From assembly GCA_046154185.1 (NCBI GenBank), contig JBJXGE010000032.1, forward strand, positions 19,848 through 83,847: a DNA stretch of 64,000 bases, written 5' to 3'. This document shows, one piece after another, positions 40,429 to 50,449 of this stretch. The position numbers were made by a program, and so were the translations under genes. This DNA comes from Planctomycetota bacterium. GTDB lineage: Bacteria > Planctomycetota > UBA8108 > UBA1146 > JAJFFE01. Numbering within the stretch: position 1 is the first letter of the stretch; each line of letters starts with the position of its first letter. The notes below the pieces were generated by a model. The model was not told the DNA's origin, ran no database searches, and saw only the letters and a program-made list of their open reading frames with translations.

Positions 40429-41922
40429 ATGGAAACACTCGGCGTCACGCTCATCGGGCTGACGGCTTTATCGTTCGGACTTGCTGTAGGCTGGTATTTC
40501 GGTGGGCGACTCGATCGCAGCGATGCCAGCGTTATCCGACGCAAAACTGCGGCGCAGACCGCGCTCTGGCAACACCAACTCATCGAAGCGCAGGCGGCGC
40601 TCGCCGAGGCCGAGAGCCTCGTCGCGGCGCGTGCGAGCGATGCGACCGCGGAAGCAAAAGCCGCGATGCTCACTGCGTCGCTCGCGGATGTCACGGGGGA
40701 ACTCGACGCCAGCCGCGCGCAGTGCTTGTCGCTCTCGAAGGAGATTACCGAGCAACTCGCGACCATCGGTGAACTCGAAGAAGAAGCGCTCGCGAGTCAG
40801 AAACAGCTCAAGCTCGAAGCGAAACGCCAGCAAGAGCTCATGGCACGACTCGAAACCGAGAAATCCGAAATCGCGGAGCGGCTGGGCGCCGAGCTCAAGG
40901 AGTTGCGCGCGACGGTAACAGCCGTGCCGGTTGCCGCGGCCGCGGAAGAGCGGGTCGCGACGCTGGAGTCGCAGCTCGCGGAACTAACGACGCGACTCAG
41001 CGCGCAGGAACACGACTGGCAACAACTCTTCGAAGAACAGAATCGCGAAGTGCAAGCGTTGACGACCGAGTTGCAAGACGCCCGGCGCCTTGCGGAAGAA
41101 CGCAGCCACAGTAATACCGAAACAGCGGCGCGTACGACGACTCACGAACACCGCACAGCTGAGCTCGAACGTGAGTTGCGCGCGCTGGCGGATGAAAATG
41201 CTCAGCTCAAGGCGAGTCAATCGGGCTTTCTGCAAGAACTTGAAACCCGCGACGAGCAGATCATCAAATTCCGCGCGAAACTGATCGAACTCATGCGACC
41301 CGCCGCCGGCGATGAAACCGACGAGTCGGACCGTGAGCGGCCGGCCGCAGTACGCACCGTCACGACCGACGAAAGTGATTGGGAGCTGGATGTGGTCATC
41401 GATGACGAGGAGGTCGACGACGATTCGCCAGTCGAGCGCCGGCCATCGCGACTGCGTGTCATCGAAGAGGAGGTCGCGGGCGCCCGGCCGAACCGTTCGA
41501 GCACCGGTCATCTCGACGCGACAGTGGCGAATGACGGCGACGTGGCGACTCCTCCGCCAGCCGAATCGCCGCGCCGCGCCGCGCGCTCGCGCGCTAAGAG
41601 AGCTGCGCCGAACGATGCGGCGATTCACCAACCGGAGCTGCTCCTCGACGACGCTCAGGTCGCGGTCGAAGCGCCACCGCTCATCGACGTCGACTCGCAA
41701 GCCGCCGAAGACGACTTGACGTTGTTACCCGGCATTGGCTCGGGTCTCGCCCGCAAACTGCGAACACTTGGCTTCGTCAGCTTCGAGCGTCTGGCGAAAC
41801 TCAGCGCCGGCGACGGCGCCGAGCTCGCTAACAAACTCGGCAGCCTGTTCCGCCGCAATCACAGCGTGGCAAAGCTCATTGAGGAAGCCAAACGCCGCAC
41901 TGTTGATCGCCGTCGGCGCTGA
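40429..41922 (+). CDS. Membrane-anchored long coiled-coil protein with C-terminal helix-hairpin-helix domain
   Basis: N-terminal TM helix; about 250 aa of Glu/Ala/Leu heptads; acidic disordered linker; DDLTLLPGIGSGLARKLRTLG. Confidence 0.8.
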   Translation: METLGVTLIGLTALSFGLAVGWYFGGRLDRSDASVIRRKTAAQTALWQHQLIEAQAALAEAESLVAARASDATAEAKAAMLTASLADVTGELDASRAQCLSLSKEITEQLATIGELEEEALASQKQLKLEAKRQQELMARLETEKSEIAERLGAELKELRATVTAVPVAAAAEERVATLESQLAELTTRLSAQEHDWQQLFEEQNREVQALTTELQDARRLAEERSHSNTETAARTTTHEHRTAELERELRALADENAQLKASQSGFLQELETRDEQIIKFRAKLIELMRPAAGDETDESDRERPAAVRTVTTDESDWELDVVIDDEEVDDDSPVERRPSRLRVIEEEVAGARPNRSSTGHLDATVANDGDVATPPPAESPRRAARSRAKRAAPNDAAIHQPELLLDDAQVAVEAPPLIDVDSQAAEDDLTLLPGIGSGLARKLRTLGFVSFERLAKLSAGDGAELANKLGSLFRRNHSVAKLIEEAKRRTVDRRRR

Positions 41923-41945
41923 TGGGCGAACACGCACGAGCAAGG

Positions 41946-42002
41946 GGGGAGGCTGCCGGGCCGGCCAACCTCGGTCTTTGTTCCGTCGGACCCTTCAGGT
42001 CC
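41946..42002 (+). repeat. Degenerate second copy of the REP-like element at 35592
   Basis: 41946-41980 matches 35596-35630 at 28/35 positions (shared CCGGCCAACC...CTTTG), followed by hairpin GGACC-cttca-GGTCC. Confidence 0.65.
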
Positions 42003-42116
42003 TCTCAGATGCGGCAGAAGCGAACCCAACTCATGATGGAATCGGCGCGCTGCGGAACGATTTCCGTTCCCACTCTGACGTCGCTGCCGCCGCGGCTCGA
42101 GCAGCGTCTTGCGCCC

Positions 42117-43139
42117 TCACTTCTCTCCGATGATGTGAGCGACAAATTTTTTGGCATCGGGCGCCTTCTCGCGGAACAGGACGCGCGCATAGTCGACGGC
42201 CTTGTTGCCTTTGCGGATGCGCACGAACGCAACGAACCATCGTGAGTTGATATCGCGGAACTCTTGAAAGAACTCGTAATCGACCGACTCCTTGTCGACG
42301 AGCTCCAAAACCAAGAGCATTTCGGCGGCGCTCGATTTCTGCTGCAGCGCCTCGAGGAGTCCGGGGTAGACCTCGTCGGCGATCGAAACGAGCAGCTCGC
42401 TGCTCGTGAGTTTGCCTTTGATCTCGAGCGCGGAGTCCTCGACATCAGCGGCGCTGGGGTCGAGCACTTTGACGCGAATGACACAGAAGGTCCACGCCGA
42501 CATCCCCACGCCGCGCTCGACATCGAGCCCGAGCCCGCTGTCTTCCGGCTCGACCGGTTGCACGAAAAAGCGCACGACGGCGCTACCGCGGCGCTTCGGC
42601 GCAATGACTACTTTGTTGCCGTTCGCTTTGACATCGATGACAGCGGCGTTATCGCAAAGCGGAATCTCCACCTTCTCGTCCGGCGCGACTTTCCACAGTG
42701 ATTCCCAAACGGGCGTTTCGGCTTTCTGCAGATTTTGACGGCGGCGACACTCCGTGCAACCTGAGCGAAAGCCGGTGCTGCGGCTGGTCTGACCGTGCTT
42801 CATGTCGCGGATGGCGGTGGCGTGGCTGCACGTCACTTTTGCGTACAGTTTGCGACACTGCTCGTTGGTCCCACGCACGGCGGTCTCGAAATCGACGGCG
42901 ACGGCGTTCTTGAATACTTTCTTGAACTCGTCCTTGGCGGTCGGTTTCGGCGCGTACAACAGATTCAAGGAGTACACGCCTTGCTCGCCCTCGACCAATT
43001 CGGCGACCCGGTTCGCCTTGCGAAACGCATCGAGATCGATGGGCGCACCGCCCGCCGCGGGTGGCTCTTGCGCGAGAGAGCGATACGACAGTATTACGAT
43101 CGCTACGACTGATACCGCGAGCAACAAGGAGTTTCGCAC
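42117..43139 (-). CDS. Secreted hypothetical protein with a Cys cluster and Ig-like segment
   Basis: Signal peptide ending SLA-Q; SD GGAGGGG; protein-like composition. Confidence 0.75.
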   Translation of the reverse strand: MRNSLLLAVSVVAIVILSYRSLAQEPPAAGGAPIDLDAFRKANRVAELVEGEQGVYSLNLLYAPKPTAKDEFKKVFKNAVAVDFETAVRGTNEQCRKLYAKVTCSHATAIRDMKHGQTSRSTGFRSGCTECRRRQNLQKAETPVWESLWKVAPDEKVEIPLCDNAAVIDVKANGNKVVIAPKRRGSAVVRFFVQPVEPEDSGLGLDVERGVGMSAWTFCVIRVKVLDPSAADVEDSALEIKGKLTSSELLVSIADEVYPGLLEALQQKSSAAEMLLVLELVDKESVDYEFFQEFRDINSRWFVAFVRIRKGNKAVDYARVLFREKAPDAKKFVAHIIGEK

Positions 43140-43216
43140 AAGCCCCTCCGTTTCATTGTCACAGAGTTCGCCGAGAAGATGTTGCCGGACAGGCTATACC
43201 AAGGCTCCGGTGCCAA

Positions 43217-44137
43217 TCAACTAGCGCGCGACATCTCGAGTCCGAGTACGCGCAATCGCTCGAGCAGCGCACGGTCACGACTTGCCGCTACGATCCCCGA
43301 GAGCCGAAACATCTTGGTCCCTTCGTCGTAGCGCGTCGCGCCGAAATGCACGGGCTCACCCGATTCGACCCAGATCGCGTCACCGCCGAGCGCCCGCGCG
43401 AGATGTATGCTGACGGGGAAGTCGTAAATATTTGGGTTCGACGCCAGCACGCCACCGTAAGCGCCGGCGGCCAAGAGCGAAAATATGCAGCCCTCGAGCT
43501 CTTCGGAGCGCACTCCTTCGAGACCGAGTTCGCGCGCGCGCGCGATACACGCGCGCCGGCGTCCCTGAAAGCCATTGACGAAAAATCGTTCGGTTGGCGG
43601 CAATGAACTCGCGTCCACGGGCGGCAGGGCCGAGAGGCGCGCCCTGGCCGACACGCGCGGATCATCGGCGCCGACTCGCACACCGGCGCGATCGATGCGT
43701 AACCAACTCCCGTGCTCGCCTTCTTCCGGAATACTGAGGAGTGAATACTCGACGTTCGCGCGCGACTGCAATGTCACGATGATCGAGTAACCGCTCCCCT
43801 TGCGGTCCCGATACTGTTTCGTGCCATCGATGGGATCGATGGCAAGCGTGTACTCGCCGGCGCTCGCAAACGGGGCGAGGTCACCCACCGCCTCTTCGCC
43901 GCGGATGACTAACGTGCGGAGAATCGGGTCGCCATCGCGCAACGCCGCGATGATGAGTTCCTGTACCGTGAGATCGGTGATCGTCAAAGCGTCGGCCGCC
44001 GCGTTGCCGCTCTGCTTGTGTTCGAGCGAAATATCGAAACTACGCAAACGCCGGGCAATCGCGCCACTCCAACGAAAGACGGGCGCGAGCGCGTCGTCCA
44101 AAGCGAGAATGAGTGCGCGCACGGTTGCGTCGGTCAT
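43217..44137 (-). CDS. Inositol monophosphatase / FIG superfamily protein
   Basis: LTITD, IRGEE, IDPIDGT, IYDFP. Confidence 0.87.
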   Translation of the reverse strand: MTDATVRALILALDDALAPVFRWSGAIARRLRSFDISLEHKQSGNAAADALTITDLTVQELIIAALRDGDPILRTLVIRGEEAVGDLAPFASAGEYTLAIDPIDGTKQYRDRKGSGYSIIVTLQSRANVEYSLLSIPEEGEHGSWLRIDRAGVRVGADDPRVSARARLSALPPVDASSLPPTERFFVNGFQGRRRACIARARELGLEGVRSEELEGCIFSLLAAGAYGGVLASNPNIYDFPVSIHLARALGGDAIWVESGEPVHFGATRYDEGTKMFRLSGIVAASRDRALLERLRVLGLEMSRAS

Positions 44138-44164
44138 CCCAGGAATACCTCACGAACAATTGTG

Positions 44165-44205
44165 AAAAACGCTGCAGGGTTGTCGCCGACGACAACCCTG
44201 CAGCG
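44165..44205 (-). terminator. Intrinsic terminator
   Basis: 16-bp perfect stem CGCTGCAGGGTTGTCG-ccga-CGACAACCCTGCAGCG (44170-44205), then UUUUU on the minus strand, 20 nt after the stop at 44226. Confidence 0.85.
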
Positions 44206-44225
44206 ATCGTGTTCAAATCCGCAAC

Positions 44226-45569
44226 TCAGATGCAAATCAACGGATCGTCGGTGGGGTCGAGCCCAGCGTCCGCCGGATCGAGTGTCCGCGGCAGGATCGC
44301 CGGGAACGGGAGCGGCAGCGGCGGGCCGCTCGAGAACAGGTGGTTCAACGTGTAGATCGGGTCCGCGGCATTGATTCCGCCGTCATCGTTGGCATCGGCC
44401 GCGTCGAAACAGCACGGCATCGCGCCACCGATGAAGAGGTAGTTCAATACGTACTGCGCATCGCCGATGTCGACCGCGGTGTCGCAGTTTGCATCGCCGC
44501 GCACGAAGCCGTAAGTGAACGCGTCGAGGAGCGACACCGACGCAATGCTATGCGTGACCGTTACCGTCACCGCGCCGAGTTCAGGAAAAGCCGGCGTGCG
44601 CGCGGTCACGTGCGAATCGTCGACCACCACGACGTCGGTGGCGGCGAGTCCGCCCACCGATACCGTCAAGTCCGTGCCGGTGAGAAATCCGGCGCCCTCG
44701 ATCGTGATGACATCGCCGCCGTAGAAGAAACCACGCGTCGGGCTAAGGCTCGTGATTTGCAACGTCAACAGCGCCGCGTCGCACAGCTCCTCGATAATCA
44801 GCGCCGGTCCCGTCGGATCCGGATAGACGACGCCGATGAGCGAGTAATAGTACGTCACGTCGGTGTCCAGCGTGTCGTCGATGTACTCGGTGGTGTCCGG
44901 CGGCAGCACTTCGAGCAGCTCACCATTGCGATTCAACAAGTAGTACTCGAACGGGCTGCACGCGGTCCACGTGAGCGTCGCGACATCGAAGTCCGCCGTA
45001 CATTCGAGCTCAAGACAGAACTCCGGCGGCAATGGAATTGTGATCGAGCCGCAATCTTGCACGGGTATCACGCTTTGACCGCCGACCACCAAGACCGTCG
45101 CGACCGGCGGCGTTCCCAGCGAGTCACAGAAACAGACGTCCGAGACGATGTCGGCAAGGACCGGAACGCCGATCAGATCGTAACTGAGATCCAGAATCTG
45201 CAGGTCCGTCCCCACCGGCAACGACGCGCAACCGATGAAGCAAATCACGACCCCGACTGTCACGCCGCCATCGTAGAGATTGATTTGATTGAAATCGGGC
45301 GGATTACCGTTCTTCACCGTGAGTGTGGTCGCGCCCGAAACCGCGGTCACCAAGTCGATCTCGGACGCATCATGGCAAGCGCCGAATGACCAGCCTTGCG
45401 AGACGCTGACCGTATCAAAGAGCACCATCAAACCGACGCCTTGGTCGCCGCTGTCGCCGCTGTTATCGGTGATCCGAAAGGTATCGAGCTGCGCGTAGGC
45501 GGTCGACGGCGCCGCGATGTGCAGCGCGGCAACCGACAACAACGCATAACAGAGGTTTCGAATGCTCAA
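44226..45569 (-). CDS. Secreted cohesin-like + Fn3-like + IPT/TIG + dockerin-like protein
   Basis: Signal peptide ending AYA-Q; QGWSFGACHD; ITSLSPTRG..GGD.ITIEG.GF (IPT); RGDANCD..VDIGD...DANDDGGINAAD; SD AAGGAGGAG. Confidence 0.85.
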   Translation of the reverse strand: MSIRNLCYALLSVAALHIAAPSTAYAQLDTFRITDNSGDSGDQGVGLMVLFDTVSVSQGWSFGACHDASEIDLVTAVSGATTLTVKNGNPPDFNQINLYDGGVTVGVVICFIGCASLPVGTDLQILDLSYDLIGVPVLADIVSDVCFCDSLGTPPVATVLVVGGQSVIPVQDCGSITIPLPPEFCLELECTADFDVATLTWTACSPFEYYLLNRNGELLEVLPPDTTEYIDDTLDTDVTYYYSLIGVVYPDPTGPALIIEELCDAALLTLQITSLSPTRGFFYGGDVITIEGAGFLTGTDLTVSVGGLAATDVVVVDDSHVTARTPAFPELGAVTVTVTHSIASVSLLDAFTYGFVRGDANCDTAVDIGDAQYVLNYLFIGGAMPCCFDAADANDDGGINAADPIYTLNHLFSSGPPLPLPFPAILPRTLDPADAGLDPTDDPLICI

Positions 45570-45990
45570 GACTTCTCCTCCTTCGCTGCGAACTTCTCAA
45601 CACACGCGCTGGTCGCGCGGCGCCGACGTCGTGTGTTCTGTGTGTGCCCCCGGAATTCTAGGGGCAACTCCCCACTTGTACATGGCAAAGGCACGACGAC
45701 GCCGATCGCCACCGAAATGCACGGCGACACTCCCAGCAATCAAGAAATTCTTGTGCAAATCAAACGGCGATGCCGCAGGTCGGAGCGCCACGATGAGTTA
45801 ACGCAGCTCGGCAGAAATTGGGCCCGGCGCTCCGCGGAAGAGGGTCGAAATCGACAGCAAGCGGCGTGATCGGCGACGGATGGCGAAATTCCCGACCGGC
45901 ATTCCTGACGCCTGACTCACACGCGGGCGACTTTGCCGATGGCTCGCGGATCCCTTCATACTTCTTGGGGAGCGGAGCGCAACACACGCA

Positions 45991-46860
45991 ATGCTTGCGT
46001 TGAGAGGGGTCCGCGTGCTGCGAACAGCGAGAAATGTCTCACCTGCAAAATCGGAACATCGCCAACGCGCGGTGTTGTGGCTCTGCGCGATGCTCGCGTT
46101 TGGCGTGAGCGGCAGCTTGCGCGCGCAGGATCCTAACTACGTCATACGCGTGACCGACGCCGCCGGCGCGAGCGGCGCTAGCGTCGTCGCCGATGTTCGA
46201 CTCGATAGCACGGGCGCGCCGATTCAAGGCTGGTCGTTCGGGATTTGCCACGATCCGGCATTCGTGACGCTCAACGAGGCGTGGGACGGCGCAACGACGC
46301 TCACCGTCAAGAACGGCGGACCGCCCGACTTCAACGTGTTGACGTACTATCCGAACGGATTCATCAAAGCCGTGCTCGTCTGCTTCACGTCGTGCGCTAC
46401 GCTTCCGCCCGGCTTGAACTACCACCTCAACTCAGCGGAATACCAACTCGACGCGGTCGCGCCGATGACAACGGAGCTGCATCCATGCTCCACGCTCGGC
46501 GTTCCGGTGGTGCCCGTGAAAGTGGTTGTTGCCGGCCTCACGATTTCCGCGACGCGCGTGTTCGGCACCTTGACCGCGAGTGACGCCCCACCTTTCTTCG
46601 CGCGCGGCGACGCCAACGGCGACGGGAGCGTGAACATCGCGGACGCGCTCAACGTGCTCGAGCACTTGTTCATCGATAGCGACTTGAACTGCATGGATGC
46701 GGCGGATGCGAACGACTCCGGCATCGTCGATGTGTCGGACGCGGTCCTGTTGCTCGGTTACTTGTTCGTGAGCGGCATGACGCTACCAGCGCCATCGCCA
46801 GATTGCGGCACGGATTCAACCGGCAGCGCGCAATGCGACTGGTCGGGCGGCTGCCCCTGA
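45991..46860 (+). CDS. Secreted cohesin-like + dockerin-like protein; start uncertain
   Basis: Signal peptide ending LRA-Q; QGWSFGICHD...GATTLTVKNGGPPDFN; RGDANGDGSVNIAD...DANDSGIVDVSD...PAPSPDCGTD. Confidence 0.85.
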   Translation: MLALRGVRVLRTARNVSPAKSEHRQRAVLWLCAMLAFGVSGSLRAQDPNYVIRVTDAAGASGASVVADVRLDSTGAPIQGWSFGICHDPAFVTLNEAWDGATTLTVKNGGPPDFNVLTYYPNGFIKAVLVCFTSCATLPPGLNYHLNSAEYQLDAVAPMTTELHPCSTLGVPVVPVKVVVAGLTISATRVFGTLTASDAPPFFARGDANGDGSVNIADALNVLEHLFIDSDLNCMDAADANDSGIVDVSDAVLLLGYLFVSGMTLPAPSPDCGTDSTGSAQCDWSGGCP

Positions 46861-46974
46861 AACATCAACGCGCCCACGGGCTGGCGCCATGCTCAGAGAG
46901 GCATCGCGCTACCTAGAGTCGCGCTTGCTTTGCAGCTACACTCTCCCGCTCGAACTCAGAACGGGAGAGCCTAC

Positions 46975-47931
46975 ATGGTCGACAAACTCGTCATCATCGG
47001 GAGCGGGCCAGCGGCACACACGGCCGCGATCTACGCGGCGCGCGCCGAACTGCAACCGGTTTTGTTTGAAGGATTCCTCGCGGGCGGCGTCGCCGCCGGC
47101 GGTCAGCTCACGACGACGACCGACGTCGAGAACTTCCCGGGCTTTCCCGAGGGTATTCACGGCCCGGAATTGTGTGATCGCTTTCGACAACAGTCGCTCC
47201 GATTCGGCACGAAGATTTACACGGAGACGATTACCAAAGTCGATCTCTCGCGCCGACCCTTTCGCTATCAATCGGAAGAGCGCTCGGGCAGCGCGGAAGC
47301 CTTGATCATCGCGACGGGCGCGACTGCAAAGCGACTCGAGATCAAAGGCGCCGGCGACGGTGAACTGTGGCAGAAAGGCGTGTCGGCGTGCGCCGTTTGT
47401 GACGGGGCCGCGCCGCTCTTTCGCAATAAGCCGATCTTCGTCATTGGCGGTGGCGATTCCGCCATGGAAGAAGGCACGTTTCTGACGAAGTATGCCTCGC
47501 GCGTGACAATCGTGCACCGACGCGACGATTTGCGGGCGTCAAAAATCATGCAGGCGCGCGCCCAACAAAACCCGAAGATCGAGTTCTTGTTATCGCACAA
47601 CGTTATCGAAGCAATCGGCAAGGATCTGTTGTCGGCGGTGCGTGTGCAGAACCTCAAGACCCAGGAAATCCGCGAACTGCCGGCCGGTGGACTCTTCTTC
47701 GCGATTGGCCACGAGCCGAACACGGCGTTTCTCGCGGGACAACTCCAGATCGACGAGGCCGGCTACGTCGTGACCGTGCCGGGCACGACGCGCACGAGCG
47801 TTGAAGGCGTGTTCGCCGCCGGCGACGTGCAAGATAAGAAGTGGCGGCAAGCGATTACTGCCGCCGGCACCGGATGCATGGCGGCCCTCGAGGCCGAGCA
47901 CTTCCTTTCGACGCACTCGAGCCACGCATGA
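46975..47931 (+). CDS. trxB: Thioredoxin-disulfide reductase (start trimmed to ATG 46975)
   Basis: [64 protein letters not shown]. Confidence 0.97.
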   Translation: MVDKLVIIGSGPAAHTAAIYAARAELQPVLFEGFLAGGVAAGGQLTTTTDVENFPGFPEGIHGPELCDRFRQQSLRFGTKIYTETITKVDLSRRPFRYQSEERSGSAEALIIATGATAKRLEIKGAGDGELWQKGVSACAVCDGAAPLFRNKPIFVIGGGDSAMEEGTFLTKYASRVTIVHRRDDLRASKIMQARAQQNPKIEFLLSHNVIEAIGKDLLSAVRVQNLKTQEIRELPAGGLFFAIGHEPNTAFLAGQLQIDEAGYVVTVPGTTRTSVEGVFAAGDVQDKKWRQAITAAGTGCMAALEAEHFLSTHSSHA

Positions 47932-50435
47932 TAGAGCCCAGACGTTTTACGCCACTCTCGAGCGCTGCGCTCCGCTGGCGTTGCGACCCCAAACGTTTGG
48001 GTTGCGAAAGCACGGCGGAAGTCCCGCCGCTGAGCGGAATCGTTGGCCAAGCGACCGCGCTCGAAGCGCTGCGCTTCGGAATCGAATGTACCGCGCCGGG
48101 GCAAAATGTATTCGTGCGCGGCCTTTCGGGCGCCGGCCGCATCACGCTCGTGCGTCATATGCTCGACGAGTTGCGACCGCTGTGCCCTACCAAACTCGAT
48201 CGCTGCTTCGTCCACAATTTCAAGGAACCGGACCGCCCGCGATTGATTTCGCTCCCTCCCGGCGCCGGTCGCGACTTGCGCCGCCGATTACGTGACTTCG
48301 CGCGCTTCATTCGCAATAGTCTGAAGGATTGCCTGGCCAGCGGCCCTTCGCGCGCACGGCGTGATGCGTTGGAAGCGGAAGCGCGGGCGCAAGTCACCCA
48401 GGTCTCCGCACCGCTAAACGCCGCACTTGCCGAAGCGGGACTCGCGCTCGTGACCGTCGTCACCGGCCCTGTGTCGCAAACCGCGATCTTCCCGCTGTAT
48501 TCCGGTCAGCCGGTGCCGGGTGAAGAATTTCAGCGTTTGGCGGCGCAAGGCAAAGTGACCGCCGACGAGGTGCAGGCGTTCAAGACCAACGTGCAGCGCT
48601 TTGAAAAACAACTCGAGACCGTCACCGAAAATGTCCGCGAAGTGTACCGGCAGACAACGGCGAGCATTCGCGATCTTGTCGAGGAGACGACGCGCAAGAT
48701 TTTGGGAGAACTCGCCGACACGATCAGCGGCGCCCATCCGGTGGAAAGTGTGCGACGGTTTCTCGACGAAGTCATTCAAGATGTGATCGAGCATCGACTC
48801 GTGGACTCGAGTGAGTCCGACGATGAAGAGGCGTCGGAAGCCCAACTGGATGTCGACGCCGAGGATCCGCTCGAGCTCTACGGCATCAACGTGTTGCTCG
48901 ACCAAAATGCCGACCATGTCGCGCCGATCATCGTCGAGCACACGCCGACCCTCGCCAAGTTACTGGGCACGGTCGAGCCGGAATGGACGCCGCACGGGGC
49001 GCCGGGACGTAGTGACTATCGGCGCATTCGAGCCGGTGCTTTGCTCCGCGCCGACGGCGGCTATCTCGTTTTGGATGCGCGGGATCTGTTGGCCGAGAAC
49101 GGCGCGTGGAAAGTCTTGGTGCGAACGCTGCGCACCGGCTTCCTCGAGATCGTGCCATCGGAACTCGGCTGGCCTGCGCATCACAGCTCGGTCAAACCCG
49201 AACCCATCCCCGTGCGGTTTCGCGTCGTGTTGGTCGGCGACGGCGAGATCTACGAGCTGCTCGACACTTTCGATACCGACTTCAAAGACTTATTCAAGGT
49301 GCTGGCCGATTTCGACAGCGTGCTCGACCGCGAGCCTGAAGGCTTGCACCTGTATGCGGGAGTACTCGCACGCATCGTGCGCGAGGAACAGCTTCTGCAC
49401 TTTCACGCGGGCGCGGTCGCGGCCTTAGTCGAGCACGGCGCGCGCATCGCCGCCCGCAAAGGAAAACTCACGGCGCGTTTTGCGCGCATCGCGGACCTAG
49501 CGCGCGAGGCGTCCTTCCTCGCAAAGCGCACGGCGCGCACGCTCGTGATGCACGAAGACGTCACGGAGGCCGTACGCCGCACGAAGCGCCGCGCCGATTT
49601 GCCGTCGCGGCGATTCCAAGAGTTGTTGGTGGACGGCACGATCCGCGTGCAGACGCGCGGCAGCGTGGTCGGACAGATCAACGGCCTCGCCGTCATCCAT
49701 TCGGGACCATTGACCTACGGTTTCCCGGCGCGCATCACCGCGAGCATCGGCGCCGGCGCGTCGGGAGTCATCGATATCGAAGGCGAGTCGCAGCTTTCTG
49801 GATCGATCCACACGAAGGGATTTCACATTCTCGGCGGTCTCTTGCGGCACTTGCTCAGCACCGAGCACGCGCTAGCGTTCACCGCGTCGCTCGCCTTCGA
49901 ACAAAGCTACGGCGGTATCGACGGCGACTCCGCATCCCTTGCGGAGGCGTGCTGCTTACTGAGCGCACTCGCGAAAATACCGCTTCGTCAGTCGCTCGCG
50001 ATCACCGGCGCCATCGACCAATTCGGGCACGTGCAAGCCATCGGCAGCGTCAACGAAAAGATCGAGGGATTCTTTGACACTTGCGCGCACGTGGGTTTGA
50101 CCGGCGATCAAGGCGTGATCATTCCGTTGTCCAACGCGGGCGATCTGATGCTGCGCCCCGATGTCGTCGCCGCGGCCGCCACCGGGAAATTTCACATCTA
50201 CGCCATCGAAACCGTCCAAGATGCGATCGAGTTGCTGACCGGCATCGCCGCGGGTGTCCGCGAAAAAAATGGCGGCTACCCCGCCGGCACGGTCTTGGAT
50301 CACGCAGTGCAGAAAACGCACATGTATTACCGCCAACTCCACCACTCCCCGCCGAAGCCGGCGCGCGCGAAGCGGACGGACGCGGCGCCACGTGCGGCCG
50401 CGAAACCGACGCGCAAGCGCGCAGCTAAACGCTAA
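47928..50435 (+). CDS. Lon-like (LonC/AAA_32 type) S16 protease (start trimmed to ATG 47928)
   Basis: [48 protein letters not shown] (catalytic Ser), VNEKIEGFF (catalytic Lys); ATGA overlap with trxB. Confidence 0.9.
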   Translation: MIEPRRFTPLSSAALRWRCDPKRLGCESTAEVPPLSGIVGQATALEALRFGIECTAPGQNVFVRGLSGAGRITLVRHMLDELRPLCPTKLDRCFVHNFKEPDRPRLISLPPGAGRDLRRRLRDFARFIRNSLKDCLASGPSRARRDALEAEARAQVTQVSAPLNAALAEAGLALVTVVTGPVSQTAIFPLYSGQPVPGEEFQRLAAQGKVTADEVQAFKTNVQRFEKQLETVTENVREVYRQTTASIRDLVEETTRKILGELADTISGAHPVESVRRFLDEVIQDVIEHRLVDSSESDDEEASEAQLDVDAEDPLELYGINVLLDQNADHVAPIIVEHTPTLAKLLGTVEPEWTPHGAPGRSDYRRIRAGALLRADGGYLVLDARDLLAENGAWKVLVRTLRTGFLEIVPSELGWPAHHSSVKPEPIPVRFRVVLVGDGEIYELLDTFDTDFKDLFKVLADFDSVLDREPEGLHLYAGVLARIVREEQLLHFHAGAVAALVEHGARIAARKGKLTARFARIADLAREASFLAKRTARTLVMHEDVTEAVRRTKRRADLPSRRFQELLVDGTIRVQTRGSVVGQINGLAVIHSGPLTYGFPARITASIGAGASGVIDIEGESQLSGSIHTKGFHILGGLLRHLLSTEHALAFTASLAFEQSYGGIDGDSASLAEACCLLSALAKIPLRQSLAITGAIDQFGHVQAIGSVNEKIEGFFDTCAHVGLTGDQGVIIPLSNAGDLMLRPDVVAAAATGKFHIYAIETVQDAIELLTGIAAGVREKNGGYPAGTVLDHAVQKTHMYYRQLHHSPPKPARAKRTDAAPRAAAKPTRKRAAKR

Positions 50436-50449
50436 CGGAATGCCGACCG

